A stretch of DNA of 64,000 nucleotides from an uncultured candidate division Zixibacteria bacterium (lineage in GTDB: Bacteria; Zixibacteria; MSB-5A5; GN15; FEB-12): positions 3,040,001-3,104,000 of the forward strand of contig OY760907.1 in NCBI GenBank assembly GCA_963664195.1. The letters are read 5' to 3'. Made by a program: the position numbers and the translations under genes. Below are positions 20,833 to 30,487 of the stretch, piece by piece (position 1 is the stretch's first letter; the number at the start of each line of letters is the position of its first letter). The notes under the pieces were generated by a model. It saw nothing but the letters and a program-made list of their open reading frames with translations. It had not been told where the DNA came from and searched no databases.

Positions 20833-21579
20833 TCATTTAATTGTCGTGTTTGTTGGACGAAAACTGAAGTCTCCGTGCGATATCGGTAACGTAATTATAT
20901 ATACGGATTGTTCCGGCCTCTTGAAGCCGAGTGTGATCGATTCTTCAATGTCCTGTCCCGCAACAGCTTCAGCCAGGCGAACAGTCCCCACCACAGAACC
21001 GCGTGCCTCCAGCGTGTCTGGCAGGGCAAGCGAGTATGTCTCTTCGATCGGGGAAATACACTCGACGACCATCGTTTCATCGGTGTCGTTAGTCAGCACA
21101 AACCGCTGCTCAAATGCGTCACTGGCACCGAAATCCAGCGTGACCGGGCGACACTTGACCGGGCTGCCGGCGCTTGTCGGTATCATTCTGGAGGCAGACA
21201 GCTCAATACGGGAAGGCTCTGGTCCGGCATTCGTCAGCAAATAGATGGTCCGGTGTGTATCGGTAATGAACTGTCTCGTCTGCCAGGCGAAGCTAACGCG
21301 GAGGCTATCTCCGGGGCCAAGTCTGAGACCTTCAAGAGTCGTATCCGGCTCTGTTACGGCGACGCAGGCGCAGCCCGTCTTCACGCCGGTGACAGTCAAA
21401 GTGTCTTCGCCGGTCGAATGGAGCCAGACATGATGTACTACCGTACTGTTTGGGATCACCATTCCGAAGTCAAACTCGCTTCCGTCAATCTTGATCTTTG
21501 CAGCCGCCTGCAGGCCCGCCGCCAAGGCGAGTAGGCCAACAAAACAGACCGCAATTGCTTTCGATAAGTTTATAGTCAC
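20833..21579 (-). CDS. Exported DUF1573-type protein, Cys paralog (C-A-C motif)
   Basis: Signal peptide; EFDFG...WLHSTGEDTLTVTGVKTGCAC; start uncertain (GTG 21579; the track gives 21639). Confidence 0.8.
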   Translation of the reverse strand: MTINLSKAIAVCFVGLLALAAGLQAAAKIKIDGSEFDFGMVIPNSTVVHHVWLHSTGEDTLTVTGVKTGCACVAVTEPDTTLEGLRLGPGDSLRVSFAWQTRQFITDTHRTIYLLTNAGPEPSRIELSASRMIPTSAGSPVKCRPVTLDFGASDAFEQRFVLTNDTDETMVVECISPIEETYSLALPDTLEARGSVVGTVRLAEAVAGQDIEESITLGFKRPEQSVYIITLPISHGDFSFRPTNTTIK

Positions 21580-21721
21580 GTGCCGGGGCCAAAGTTCCTT
21601 GAGTAAGCGTAAATTATCCACCAAAGACGGTTTAGTCAAGGTGTTTTGCCTTATTTCAACTTGTTTTACCTGTTGGCATCAAGTAAGTTATCTTACTGAA
21701 ATCGGACGGCAACGAGCTGCT

Positions 21722-22654
21722 ATGGACATTATTGAAACAGTTGATCTGACGAAAATCTATCCCACCGGCATGCGCAAAGGGAACGTTGTGGCCCTTAACG
21801 GTGTGTCTCTGAGTGTGAAACAGGGGGAAGTTTTCGGTTTGCTGGGACCCAACGGAGCCGGGAAAACGACCCTCGTTAAAACGCTTCTCGGCATTACTTC
21901 GATTACTTCGGGCGAGGCCAGGGTGAACGGACTTGATCCTGATGATCCGACCTCGCGCGACAAAGTGGGTTTTCTTCCGGAGAACCATAGATTCCCGCAT
22001 CATTTGACGGGTTTGGGGCTGGTGGAGTATGCAGGACGACTCTGCGGGATGAAGACGGACGAGATTGACAGCCGCGCCGAGCATCTTCTGGAGTTGACCG
22101 GCATGACGAAATGGGCCAACACGAAGATCCGCAAGTACTCCAAGGGGATGGCGCAGCGAATAGGCCTGGCGCAGGCACTCGTTAGTGACCCGGATCTTGT
22201 GTTTCTAGATGAGCCGACCGACGGCGTCGACCCGGTTGGGAAAGTAGAACTCCGATCTGTGCTCAAGAAGATCCGCGACGAGGGGAAGACGGTTTTCCTG
22301 AACTCGCACTTGTTGTCCGAGGTAGAGGCTGTTGCCGACCGCGTGGCAATCCTCTTGCAGGGCAAAGTGGTCAAGCAGGGTACTATCGACGAACTTACGA
22401 CACGGGGCAGTCAGTACGAGATCGAGGCAAACATTGGTGAAAAACGGATCGAGATTCCTGAAGCAATCGGTAAAAGGCTTGCGATTACTACCAAGAGTAT
22501 GACGGTGGCGCTGAACGATCCGGAAGATATCAATCGGCTGATCGACGAACTGCGATTGAGAAAAATAAGCATTCGCTCGGTCAAACCCGTGCGTCAGACG
22601 TTGGAGCAGTCCTTCTTTGAGACGGTAACCAATGAAGTGGAGCCGAAGGGATGA
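21722..22654 (+). CDS. ABC transporter ATP-binding protein (ABC-2 type)
   Basis: GPNGAGKT, YSKGMAQR, LDEPTDG, NSHLLSEVE; start reassigned to MDIIETVDL. Confidence 0.92.
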   Translation: MDIIETVDLTKIYPTGMRKGNVVALNGVSLSVKQGEVFGLLGPNGAGKTTLVKTLLGITSITSGEARVNGLDPDDPTSRDKVGFLPENHRFPHHLTGLGLVEYAGRLCGMKTDEIDSRAEHLLELTGMTKWANTKIRKYSKGMAQRIGLAQALVSDPDLVFLDEPTDGVDPVGKVELRSVLKKIRDEGKTVFLNSHLLSEVEAVADRVAILLQGKVVKQGTIDELTTRGSQYEIEANIGEKRIEIPEAIGKRLAITTKSMTVALNDPEDINRLIDELRLRKISIRSVKPVRQTLEQSFFETVTNEVEPKG

Positions 22655-23448
22655 GAGGCATCACTCGCGATACCATAGTTGAGCTTGTCGACCGCAAGAT
22701 GCTCTGGATGTTCGGCATTCTCACGGCGCTGGCGTGCCTGATCGTGTTTGGTGCCAGCAAAGCGGACATGACATTCAGCATGCACGGTCCGTCGGGGCTT
22801 GAAAACGACCTGGCGCAGCCTCTCATCTCGAGCATAGCAATCAGGGCGGCTTACAACCTATTGACTTTTCTGGTCTTTCTGGCGGTGGTGGCAACTGCTG
22901 GGATCATTCCCAAATTTCTTGAAAAAGGGCGTGCCGATTTCTATCTTTCGAAACCGATCAGCCGGCAGAACATTTTGCTTGGCAAACTCGGGGCGATGTG
23001 GCTTGTCTACGGTACGGTGATTCTCCTGTGTGGAATGATAACGTACCTGTTTGCTGCGCTCGCATTTGACCAGTTGGACTTCAGGATTCTCTATGTGTTT
23101 GGGTTCAGTCTGGCCTCGTATTTCGTTTGGCTGAGCATTACCGGATTGGCAGGTGTCTGGACGGGATCGACTGCCATTTCCGTGATGTGCGCATTCGTTG
23201 TCTGGGTACTTCAGAGCATCCTCCAACACTACGATACGATCGGCGACCTGATCAATTCAGAATGGATTTCACGGATCGTTCAAGGCCTGTATTACGTTAT
23301 ACCCAAGACCAGCCAGATGGCAGATCTTGGCATGAACCTTGCCCGTGGAAAGACCGGACCAGAACTTCTCCCGCTGTGGAGTTCGCTCCTGTTTGCGGCG
23401 ACGATGTATGCTCTGGCCGTCGTTGTCTTCAAGCGCAAGAATTACTGA
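22651..23448 (+). CDS. ABC-2-type permease
   Basis: Overlaps the ATPase stop (ATGA); 6 TM helices; EKGRADFYLSKPISR. Confidence 0.85.
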   Translation: MRGITRDTIVELVDRKMLWMFGILTALACLIVFGASKADMTFSMHGPSGLENDLAQPLISSIAIRAAYNLLTFLVFLAVVATAGIIPKFLEKGRADFYLSKPISRQNILLGKLGAMWLVYGTVILLCGMITYLFAALAFDQLDFRILYVFGFSLASYFVWLSITGLAGVWTGSTAISVMCAFVVWVLQSILQHYDTIGDLINSEWISRIVQGLYYVIPKTSQMADLGMNLARGKTGPELLPLWSSLLFAATMYALAVVVFKRKNY

Positions 23449-23478
23449 TCACAGGACCACACGCGAGCTGATCGATAT

Positions 23479-24009
23479 ATGACGGGCAAGAACAGAGAAC
23501 TGCTGGAACCTCTCAACACAGCAATCAGACTCGAAGTCGAGGGCAAACATCTTTTTTCCGAGGCTCTGGGGAAAGTCACGGGGCGTCACGCAAAGCAGAC
23601 GTTTGAGTTTCTCCTCGCCGAGGAAGACAAGCATATCGCCCGCATCAGGGAGTTTCACAAATCGATCGAGCAATCCGACAAGATCGAACCGATTTCGCTC
23701 GACAGTACCGAGGCGCAACGCAATCTTGACTTCTTCAATAACAAACTGGCGGAATTTCGTCACGAGATAGAACCCACGGTCTCCGATATCGAGGCGTACC
23801 GGTTTGCTCTCAAGTTTGAAAACAACAGCAGTGATTTCTACGCAGAGAAAATGCACGAGGCTGATAATCCACACGTGAAAGCGTTCTATCGCTGGCTCAT
23901 CGGCGAGGAAGAAACGCATGCCCGCCTGCTGGAGTCTTGCCTCAAGTTCGCCGAGGATCCGGCAGCCTGGTTCAAGGAGCGGGCAGGGGCCGCACGCGAC
24001 GAATCCTGA
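23479..24009 (+). CDS. Ferritin-like/rubrerythrin-family protein
   Basis: AIRLE...LLAEEDKH, ALKFE...FY...LIGEEETH di-iron motifs. Confidence 0.85.
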   Translation: MTGKNRELLEPLNTAIRLEVEGKHLFSEALGKVTGRHAKQTFEFLLAEEDKHIARIREFHKSIEQSDKIEPISLDSTEAQRNLDFFNNKLAEFRHEIEPTVSDIEAYRFALKFENNSSDFYAEKMHEADNPHVKAFYRWLIGEEETHARLLESCLKFAEDPAAWFKERAGAARDES

Positions 24010-24096
24010 CAGGCGACAGTTCAACACTTTACAGCCGTGCACTCCGGCTCTATATTCTACCAGCAATGGAATGTTAACTCTGAGGAGATATCTCAT

Positions 24097-25464
24097 ATGA
24101 CACCGGTACAGTATTTGAAGAAAACCGAAAAGAAGCGCATGGACGACCTGTTTGCTTTTTTGAAATTCGCGTCCGTGTCCGCTAAGTCCGAACACAAAAA
24201 AGATGTCGCCGCCTGCGGCAATTGGCTGGCTGACCACCTCAAGAAGATCGGGTTTAGGACGAAAGTGCATCCGACCAAGGGACACCCGATTGTCTACGCC
24301 GAGTATATTGTGAACAAGAAGCTCCCGACTGTGCTGTATTACGGTCATTACGATGTCCAGCCGCCGGAACCGTACGATCTCTGGGAAACGTCGCCGTTCA
24401 AGCCGGAGATTCGCTCCGGATATATTTTCGCTCGCGGTGCCGCCGACGACAAGGGGCAGGTCTTTACTCACGTCAAAGGGCTTGAGGCGGTTATCAAGTC
24501 CGAGGGAACGTTACCGATCAACGTCAAGATGTTGATTGAGGGCGAAGAAGAAGTCCATTCGGCTAACCTGCCGGTCTTCATCAAAAAGAATAGAAAGATG
24601 CTCGCTGCCGATATCGTCGTTGTCTCCGACACAGCGCAATTCAGCAAGACGCTGCCGGCGGTGACCTACGGGCTTCGCGGTATCGCTGCTCTCGAAGTAT
24701 TTGTCTACGGTCCGGATCGCGACGTACACTCCGGCTCGTTTGGTGGTGCCATTGCCAATCCGATCAATGTGCTTGGCGGTATGATAGGTCAATTGCATGA
24801 CAAGGACGGCAGGATCGCTATCCCGGGCTTTTATGCAAAGGCCAAGAAAGTTACTAAATGGGAGCGCGAACAGTTCAAGAAACTGCCGTACTCCGAGGCC
24901 GGCTATAAACGCCAGTTGAAGATTCCCGCTGTCCACGGTGAAAAGGGATACACAACCTTTGAGCGCAGTTGGTCGCGTCCGACCTGCGACGTCAACGGGA
25001 TTACGGGCGGTTACCAGGGTGAAGGCGCCAAGACGATTATTCCGTCGTTTGCTTCCTGCAAGATCACCTGCCGTTTAGTTCCGAATCAGGATCCGAAAGA
25101 CATTTGCAACAAAGTTGAGAAGTACCTCAAGAAGATCGCTCCGAAGTCTGTCCGGGTGAAAGTCGACAAGTGGGGGGGCGCCAAGGGTGTCGTGGTTCCG
25201 ACCGAGGGTCCCTGGCTCGAAGCTGCTGCGCGCGCGATCAAGACCGGATTCGGCAAGGAACCGGTATTCATGAAAGAAGGCGGATCGATTCCGGTCGTGG
25301 TTGATTTCAAGGAAATCCTCGGGCTTGACACCCTGTTGATTGGTTTCGCGCAGAATGATGACAACATTCATTCGCCAAACGAGCGTTTCCGCGTAGTCGA
25401 CTTTGAGCGCGGGTGCAAAACTGCGGCGGCGTTGCCGTTCGAGCTGGCCGGAGTTAAGGGCTAA
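24097..25464 (+). CDS. M20-family dipeptidase
   Basis: YGHYDVQP, ARGAADDKGQ, EGEEE, DVHSG, GGSIP, HSPNE; start behind a GAGGAG SD. Confidence 0.92.
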   Translation: MTPVQYLKKTEKKRMDDLFAFLKFASVSAKSEHKKDVAACGNWLADHLKKIGFRTKVHPTKGHPIVYAEYIVNKKLPTVLYYGHYDVQPPEPYDLWETSPFKPEIRSGYIFARGAADDKGQVFTHVKGLEAVIKSEGTLPINVKMLIEGEEEVHSANLPVFIKKNRKMLAADIVVVSDTAQFSKTLPAVTYGLRGIAALEVFVYGPDRDVHSGSFGGAIANPINVLGGMIGQLHDKDGRIAIPGFYAKAKKVTKWEREQFKKLPYSEAGYKRQLKIPAVHGEKGYTTFERSWSRPTCDVNGITGGYQGEGAKTIIPSFASCKITCRLVPNQDPKDICNKVEKYLKKIAPKSVRVKVDKWGGAKGVVVPTEGPWLEAAARAIKTGFGKEPVFMKEGGSIPVVVDFKEILGLDTLLIGFAQNDDNIHSPNERFRVVDFERGCKTAAALPFELAGVKG

Positions 25465-26261
25465 TGGATCTCGGACTCAAAGGCAAACGAGGGCTGGTTT
25501 CCGGTGCCTCCTCCGGGCTTGGTTTGGCCGCAGCAAAAACGCTGGCGGCCGAAGGTGTGCAGTTGGTAATCAACTCTCGCAGCGAGTTTCGTTTGGAGCA
25601 GGCGGCGGCTGAGATTGAGAAAGCTACCGGCGTCAAACCGATGCTGGCCGCTGGCGATTTGTCCAAAGAGAGCGAACGGCGGAAAGTGATCGAGTCTGCC
25701 CTGGATCAAGTTGAGGGCGGAGTGATCGACATTCTCGTCTCCAACGCAGGGGGACCACCTCCGGGTGCGTTTCTCGAACATGACTCGAAGTTGTTTGAGG
25801 AAGCCGCCGGTCTGGTGCTTGATTCGGCGGTTGGTTTGACTCACGGGCTGCTCCCAAAGATGATCGAACAGAACTGGGGGCGGCTGATTTATATCACGTC
25901 GGTGGGTGTGCTTCAGCCTATCGACGCTCTGATCCTGTCAAACACCTATCGCTCCGCCGTGACAGGATTCTGCAAAACGATTTCGAACACCTACGCGCAG
26001 CACGGCATCACGGCTAACTGTGTCTGTCCCGGTTATACTGCCACCGAACGGCTTAACAATCTGGCCGAGAAGACAGCGAGTGAGACCGGCAAACTCGTCA
26101 CGCAGGTGATTGAGGACTACGCCGCGCTGATACCGGCGCGCAGAGTAGGCAAACCGGAGGAGTTGGCCTCGCTGATTACATTCCTGGCCTCGGAGCGGGC
26201 CGGGTATATCACGGGGACCTCGATTCCGGTTGACGGCGGCCTTCACAAGGGGCTGTTGTAG
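25464..26261 (+). CDS. SDR-family oxidoreductase
   Basis: SGASSGLG, NAGGPPPG, VCPGYTAT, YITGTSIPVDGG. Confidence 0.9.
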   Translation: MDLGLKGKRGLVSGASSGLGLAAAKTLAAEGVQLVINSRSEFRLEQAAAEIEKATGVKPMLAAGDLSKESERRKVIESALDQVEGGVIDILVSNAGGPPPGAFLEHDSKLFEEAAGLVLDSAVGLTHGLLPKMIEQNWGRLIYITSVGVLQPIDALILSNTYRSAVTGFCKTISNTYAQHGITANCVCPGYTATERLNNLAEKTASETGKLVTQVIEDYAALIPARRVGKPEELASLITFLASERAGYITGTSIPVDGGLHKGLL

Positions 26262-26268
26262 GTCTTCA

Positions 26269-27174
26269 ATGACCGAACCAAAAACTAACGGCAACGAACA
26301 CGCCCGGCACAGTTTGGCTGTGCTGGGCGGTACTATGTTGTTTCTGCAGGTAACGGCCTCGCTCTGTTATCCCATTGCCAAGTACGGTCTGGAGCAGATA
26401 GAACCGTTTACATTTGCCTTCTATCGCTTTCTCTTGGCTTCGGCCGTTCTATTAACTATCGCGCTCTTCATCAGCAAGAAGCCCAGGATAGAGCGACGGG
26501 ATGCATGGCGCATTGTCGGGCTTGGCGTCCTGATTGTCCCGCTCAACCAGACGCTCTTTCTTGTCGGGCAGTCGATGACCGGGGCGGGCCACGGTGCCTT
26601 ATTGTTTGCGACCACACCGGTGTGGGTGTTTGTACTGGCGCTGATTCATCTCAAGGAGCACACCAACTGGCGAAGAACCACCGGCATTATCGTCGCGCTG
26701 GCCGGAGTTATGATCATTCTGCTCTCAGGGGCCTTCGAGGTTGGCACGGAGTACCTGTGGGGTGATTTGGTCATTCTCATTGCGGTGATGGCCTGGGGGT
26801 ACTACACGATTCTCGGCAAGAGACTCGTCGTCAAGTACGGTGCGCTTCGCGTGACGGCCTATTCGCTGGCGGCGGGGTCGACGCTCTACTTTCCGTTCGG
26901 GTTCTATCAGGCGTGCCGATTCGACTACTCGCAGGTCACTCTCGGTGCGTGGGGATCGATTGCGTACATGGCGATTGGTCTGTCCGTGATTGTCTACGTG
27001 CTGTGGTACTGGCTGCTGAAGCAGCTAGATGCCTCCCGGATTGCAGTGTACCATAACATCCAGCCGGTAATTGCCAGTGCGGTGGCGTACTTCTTTCTGG
27101 GTGAGAGTCTGGGACTTGCGTTTATAGTGGGCGGTTTCGTGGTCATCGGAGGCGTGATACTAACGGAACTGTAG
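26269..27174 (+). CDS. EamA/DMT-family transporter 1
   Basis: 10 TM helices, duplicated EamA repeat, AFYRFLLA. Confidence 0.88.
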   Translation: MTEPKTNGNEHARHSLAVLGGTMLFLQVTASLCYPIAKYGLEQIEPFTFAFYRFLLASAVLLTIALFISKKPRIERRDAWRIVGLGVLIVPLNQTLFLVGQSMTGAGHGALLFATTPVWVFVLALIHLKEHTNWRRTTGIIVALAGVMIILLSGAFEVGTEYLWGDLVILIAVMAWGYYTILGKRLVVKYGALRVTAYSLAAGSTLYFPFGFYQACRFDYSQVTLGAWGSIAYMAIGLSVIVYVLWYWLLKQLDASRIAVYHNIQPVIASAVAYFFLGESLGLAFIVGGFVVIGGVILTEL

Positions 27175-28094
27175 TGCCGCTTCGGGTCCGACAGACAAGA
27201 AAGAGCGATCGAGTGAGTCCTCAGAAAAAAGGCTTCGGAATCATCCTTGCCGCTATCATCGGGCAGCAGGTTTTTGGTGCGCTCACTTTTCCCATTGCAA
27301 AGTTCGGGCTTGAGACAATCGAGCCGTACACCTTTGCATTCTATCGATTTCTTATTTCCTCAACGGTCCTGCTATCAATCGTGCTCCTCAAGGGCGGCGG
27401 CAAGCCGATTGCACGAGGCGACATATTGAAAATCGCCGGTCTCGGCGTGATGATTATTCTCGGTAATCAGACCACATTCCTGCTCGGCCAGTCGATGACT
27501 GCCGCAGGTCACTCGGCGCTCTTGTTTGCTACCACGCCGGTGTGGATTTACATATTGGCACGGATCCACTTGAAAGAGAAGCTCACCTGGCGACGGACGG
27601 TTGGCATCGTGATTGCGGTCGGGGGCGTGATTGTGATCATGTCCGAGGGTGCGGTAGGATTTGGCCCCGAGTATTTGATCGGGGATCTGATTGTGTTCGA
27701 GGCGGTGATAGCGTGGGCATACTACTCGATTCTCGGCAAGTCGCTCGTTCAGAAGTACGGCGCTTTGCGCGTCACCGCCTACGCTCTGGCGGCCGGTTCG
27801 CTGGTGTATTCACCTTTTGGTATCTATCGCGCGGTCGTGTTTGATTACGCGGCGGTGCCGCTGGAGGCTTGGTGGTCGGTGGCATACGTGGCGATAGGGA
27901 CCTCGGTCTTTTCGTACGTGCTCTGGTACTGGGTGTTGAAATACATGGAGGCCTCGCGGGTGGCGGTGTACCACAACCTGCAGCCGGTGGTAGCTTCGGG
28001 GGTGGCGTATTTCTTTCTGGGCGAGCCGCTCGGAGTCGCGTTTGTGATTGGGGGATTGATCGTCCTCGGAGGTGTGATTGTAACGGAGACATAG
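27174..28094 (+). CDS. EamA/DMT-family transporter 2 (tandem paralog)
   Basis: Highly similar to the preceding gene (GQSMT, ALLFATTPVW, KYGALRVTAY); the start may be GTG at about 27213. Confidence 0.88.
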   Translation: MPLRVRQTRKSDRVSPQKKGFGIILAAIIGQQVFGALTFPIAKFGLETIEPYTFAFYRFLISSTVLLSIVLLKGGGKPIARGDILKIAGLGVMIILGNQTTFLLGQSMTAAGHSALLFATTPVWIYILARIHLKEKLTWRRTVGIVIAVGGVIVIMSEGAVGFGPEYLIGDLIVFEAVIAWAYYSILGKSLVQKYGALRVTAYALAAGSLVYSPFGIYRAVVFDYAAVPLEAWWSVAYVAIGTSVFSYVLWYWVLKYMEASRVAVYHNLQPVVASGVAYFFLGEPLGVAFVIGGLIVLGGVIVTET

Positions 28095-28296
28095 CGGGGG
28101 AGTTGGATCGTATCTTGTCGGGCACGGTCTGTCTTCAGACCTGCCACTGTCCGATCAAGTCATCTCTGACAAACTAGTCTGTGAGCTTGTCGAAGACTGC
28201 ATCACTTGATTGGCCTCTTCTCTTCAAAACTGCTCTGTTTTGTGATGGACATCACGGTTCAGTTTTGTACTTGAGAATGCGATAGGAGGGTTGACC

Positions 28297-28521
28297 ATGC
28301 GTGTTTTGCTGATTGTCTGTTTACTATTGATCGGTCTTGCGACTGTGCCTCAGGGTGTTTCAAGTAGCAATACGGAAAACCAGATCATAGAAATCGCCAC
28401 ATTCAGGGGGCACAGTAGGGAGGTCTTATATGTCGTCTGTGTCCGGTCTCTGAAGACGCATCTCGACCAGAGAGCTAGGGATGAAATCATAGTTTTCGGT
28501 GCCCCGCCCAGAGCGAAATGA
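28297..28521 (+). CDS. Small putative exported protein (74 aa)
   Basis: AGGAGG SD; signal-peptide-like MRVLLIVCLLLIGLATVPQGVSS; no family recognised. Confidence 0.45.
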   Translation: MRVLLIVCLLLIGLATVPQGVSSSNTENQIIEIATFRGHSREVLYVVCVRSLKTHLDQRARDEIIVFGAPPRAK

Positions 28522-28544
28522 AATGAAGCGTCGGGTGGGAGCAA

Positions 28545-28573
28545 GCCACCCTCAAGGAAGCCTTGAGGGTGGC
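28545..28573. repeat. Perfect 13-bp hairpin between convergent genes
   Basis: GCCACCCTCAAGG-AAG-CCTTGAGGGTGGC; no U-tract. Confidence 0.6.
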
Positions 28574-28601
28574 ACCCAGAGTCGAATTTCAAACTTAGCG
28601 A

Positions 28602-29105
28602 TCAACGGCCTTCCCAGCTCTGGAAATCTCCGTACTGCTTCGAGTCAACAAACGTCTGCGGGTCGGCCATGAAGGTCAGCATGTTGTCGATCAGGTAGAC
28701 GTGATTGCGCTCTTCATCGGCGATTCGATTCAGCAACGTCTTGCGGTCAGCATCCGGCTCTTTCTCAGCCTCTTCCGTGTACAGCTTCACCGCGCGCTCT
28801 TCAAGTTCCAACGCCTCGACCCAGGTGGCACGGACGTCGTCGCCAAACGAAGCCGCTTTGTTTTCTTCGATAAGTTGCACGAAAACGTTTTTGGTCGTTT
28901 TCAGGGAGCCGCCCTTCAGCTCCTGGATGGCTGTAGTGATCTCGCCGTCGGCCAGTTTCTTGAAGAAGGCACAGTGGCGTTTTTCCTCGTCGGCCAGATA
29001 CTGGAAAATCTCTTTGATCTCAGTCGTCGCGGCTGCCGCGGCTGCCTTTTCGTAGAACGCCTGACCGTCCTTCTCCATCTGAATGGCGAATGTGATAATG
29101 TCCAT
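28602..29105 (-). CDS. Ferritin-like/rubrerythrin-family protein
   Basis: AIQMEKDGQAFY, LADEEKRH, ALELEE, IADEERNH. Confidence 0.88.
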   Translation of the reverse strand: MDIITFAIQMEKDGQAFYEKAAAAAATTEIKEIFQYLADEEKRHCAFFKKLADGEITTAIQELKGGSLKTTKNVFVQLIEENKAASFGDDVRATWVEALELEERAVKLYTEEAEKEPDADRKTLLNRIADEERNHVYLIDNMLTFMADPQTFVDSKQYGDFQSWEGR

Positions 29106-29194
29106 GATATCCTTCTATGGTTTTGAAGGATACCGGGCGCAGTCGCACCCAAGTATCCGTGTTTTATTCAGAGCAATGTCTCGACCGAGGTCGC

Positions 29195-30334
29195 TCAGTC
29201 CATGCCCTCGCCTCTGAGGTTCTCTTTCGAGAAGGCTGCTTCGAGTTTCGGGTCAGTGAAGACGCCGTCCTTGCGGATCAGCTTGTCATCGAAGTAGATC
29301 TCGCCGCCGCCGTAGTCCTCGCGCTGGATGAGCACCAGGTCCCAATGGATGGCAGACTGGTTGCCGTTCGGGGCTTCATCGTAGCACTGGCCCGGAGTGA
29401 AATGGAACGAGCCGGCGATCTTCTCGTCGAACAGCGTGTCTTTCATCGGGTGCAGGATAAACGGGTTGACGCCAATGGCGAATTCGCCAACATAACGGGC
29501 GCCTTCGTCCGTATTGAACACCTTGTTCAGCTTGTCGTCGTCACCGGAGCAGGTGGCTTTCACTATCTTGCCGTTTTCAAACGTGAGGGAGATGTCGTTG
29601 TAGACAATGCCCTGGTGCAGCGAAGGTGTGTTGTACGTGATCGTGCCGCTGATCGAGTCGCGGACTGGCGCGGTGTAGACTTCGCCGTCTGGAATGTTGC
29701 GGTGCCCGTCGCACTTGACGCACGGAATGCCTTTGAGAGAGAATTTGAGGTCTGTCCCCGGCGACTTGATATGCACGTTGTTGGTGGCATCCATCAGGGC
29801 GAACAGGTCATCCTGAGCCTTGGACATCTTGGCGTAGTCGGCGCAGCAGACATCAAAATAGAAGTCTTCGAACTTCTCCTGAGAGGTTTCAGCAAGCTGA
29901 GCCATGGCGTTGTTGGGATAGCGAAGCACAACCCAGCGGGTTCGCTTGACGCGCTCCTCAAGGTGCACCGGTTTGTAGAACAGGCTGTTATGCTTGTCGA
30001 TCTGGCTGTGCGGGATGTCGGCGAGATCGAACGGATTGTCGGAGCCTCGGAGACCGATGTAAGCATCGGCACGCGTCATCAGTTCCATGTGCAGGTCGGC
30101 CTGACGCTTGAACTGGTCGTCACCGGCAGAGGCAACGAACTGACGGATGAGGGATTCATCGTTGTAGTACCAGAACGGAGTTGCGCCGCGCTCGGTGGCA
30201 ATACGGATGATCTGTTTGCCGAGTTCGAGAGTTTCTTTGCCTTTGATTTCGACATAAATGACCTCGCCCTTCTTCAACTCGACCGAGTAGTCAATCAGTT
30301 GGCGGGCAAGAACTTCGTTGCGTTTATCTTTCAT
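29195..30334 (-). CDS. M29-family aminopeptidase (AmpS/AmpT-like)
   Basis: NIPDGEVYTAP, GEFAIG, LFDEKIAGSFH, NQSAIHWD. Confidence 0.92.
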   Translation of the reverse strand: MKDKRNEVLARQLIDYSVELKKGEVIYVEIKGKETLELGKQIIRIATERGATPFWYYNDESLIRQFVASAGDDQFKRQADLHMELMTRADAYIGLRGSDNPFDLADIPHSQIDKHNSLFYKPVHLEERVKRTRWVVLRYPNNAMAQLAETSQEKFEDFYFDVCCADYAKMSKAQDDLFALMDATNNVHIKSPGTDLKFSLKGIPCVKCDGHRNIPDGEVYTAPVRDSISGTITYNTPSLHQGIVYNDISLTFENGKIVKATCSGDDDKLNKVFNTDEGARYVGEFAIGVNPFILHPMKDTLFDEKIAGSFHFTPGQCYDEAPNGNQSAIHWDLVLIQREDYGGGEIYFDDKLIRKDGVFTDPKLEAAFSKENLRGEGMD

Positions 30335-30487
30335 GGTGTCTCCTGCGTGCTAATTGTTGTCTTTTTCTCTGGCAGAACATAGCAAAAAAGGGGGACCGAA
30401 GCAACAATCGGGCGACAACTCGTGTCGGGCCGGGGATACAGGAGAGATTTAGTCGAACCTTTCCCATAGGGGCGTGTTCTAGAAAAC

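Noticed and set aside
29117..30382. 421-aa ORF on the + strand (and similar long antisense ORFs at 8873-9817, 45607-46512, 23449-24471)
   Set aside because: These are shadows of well-supported genes on the opposite strand, with no recognisable motifs.
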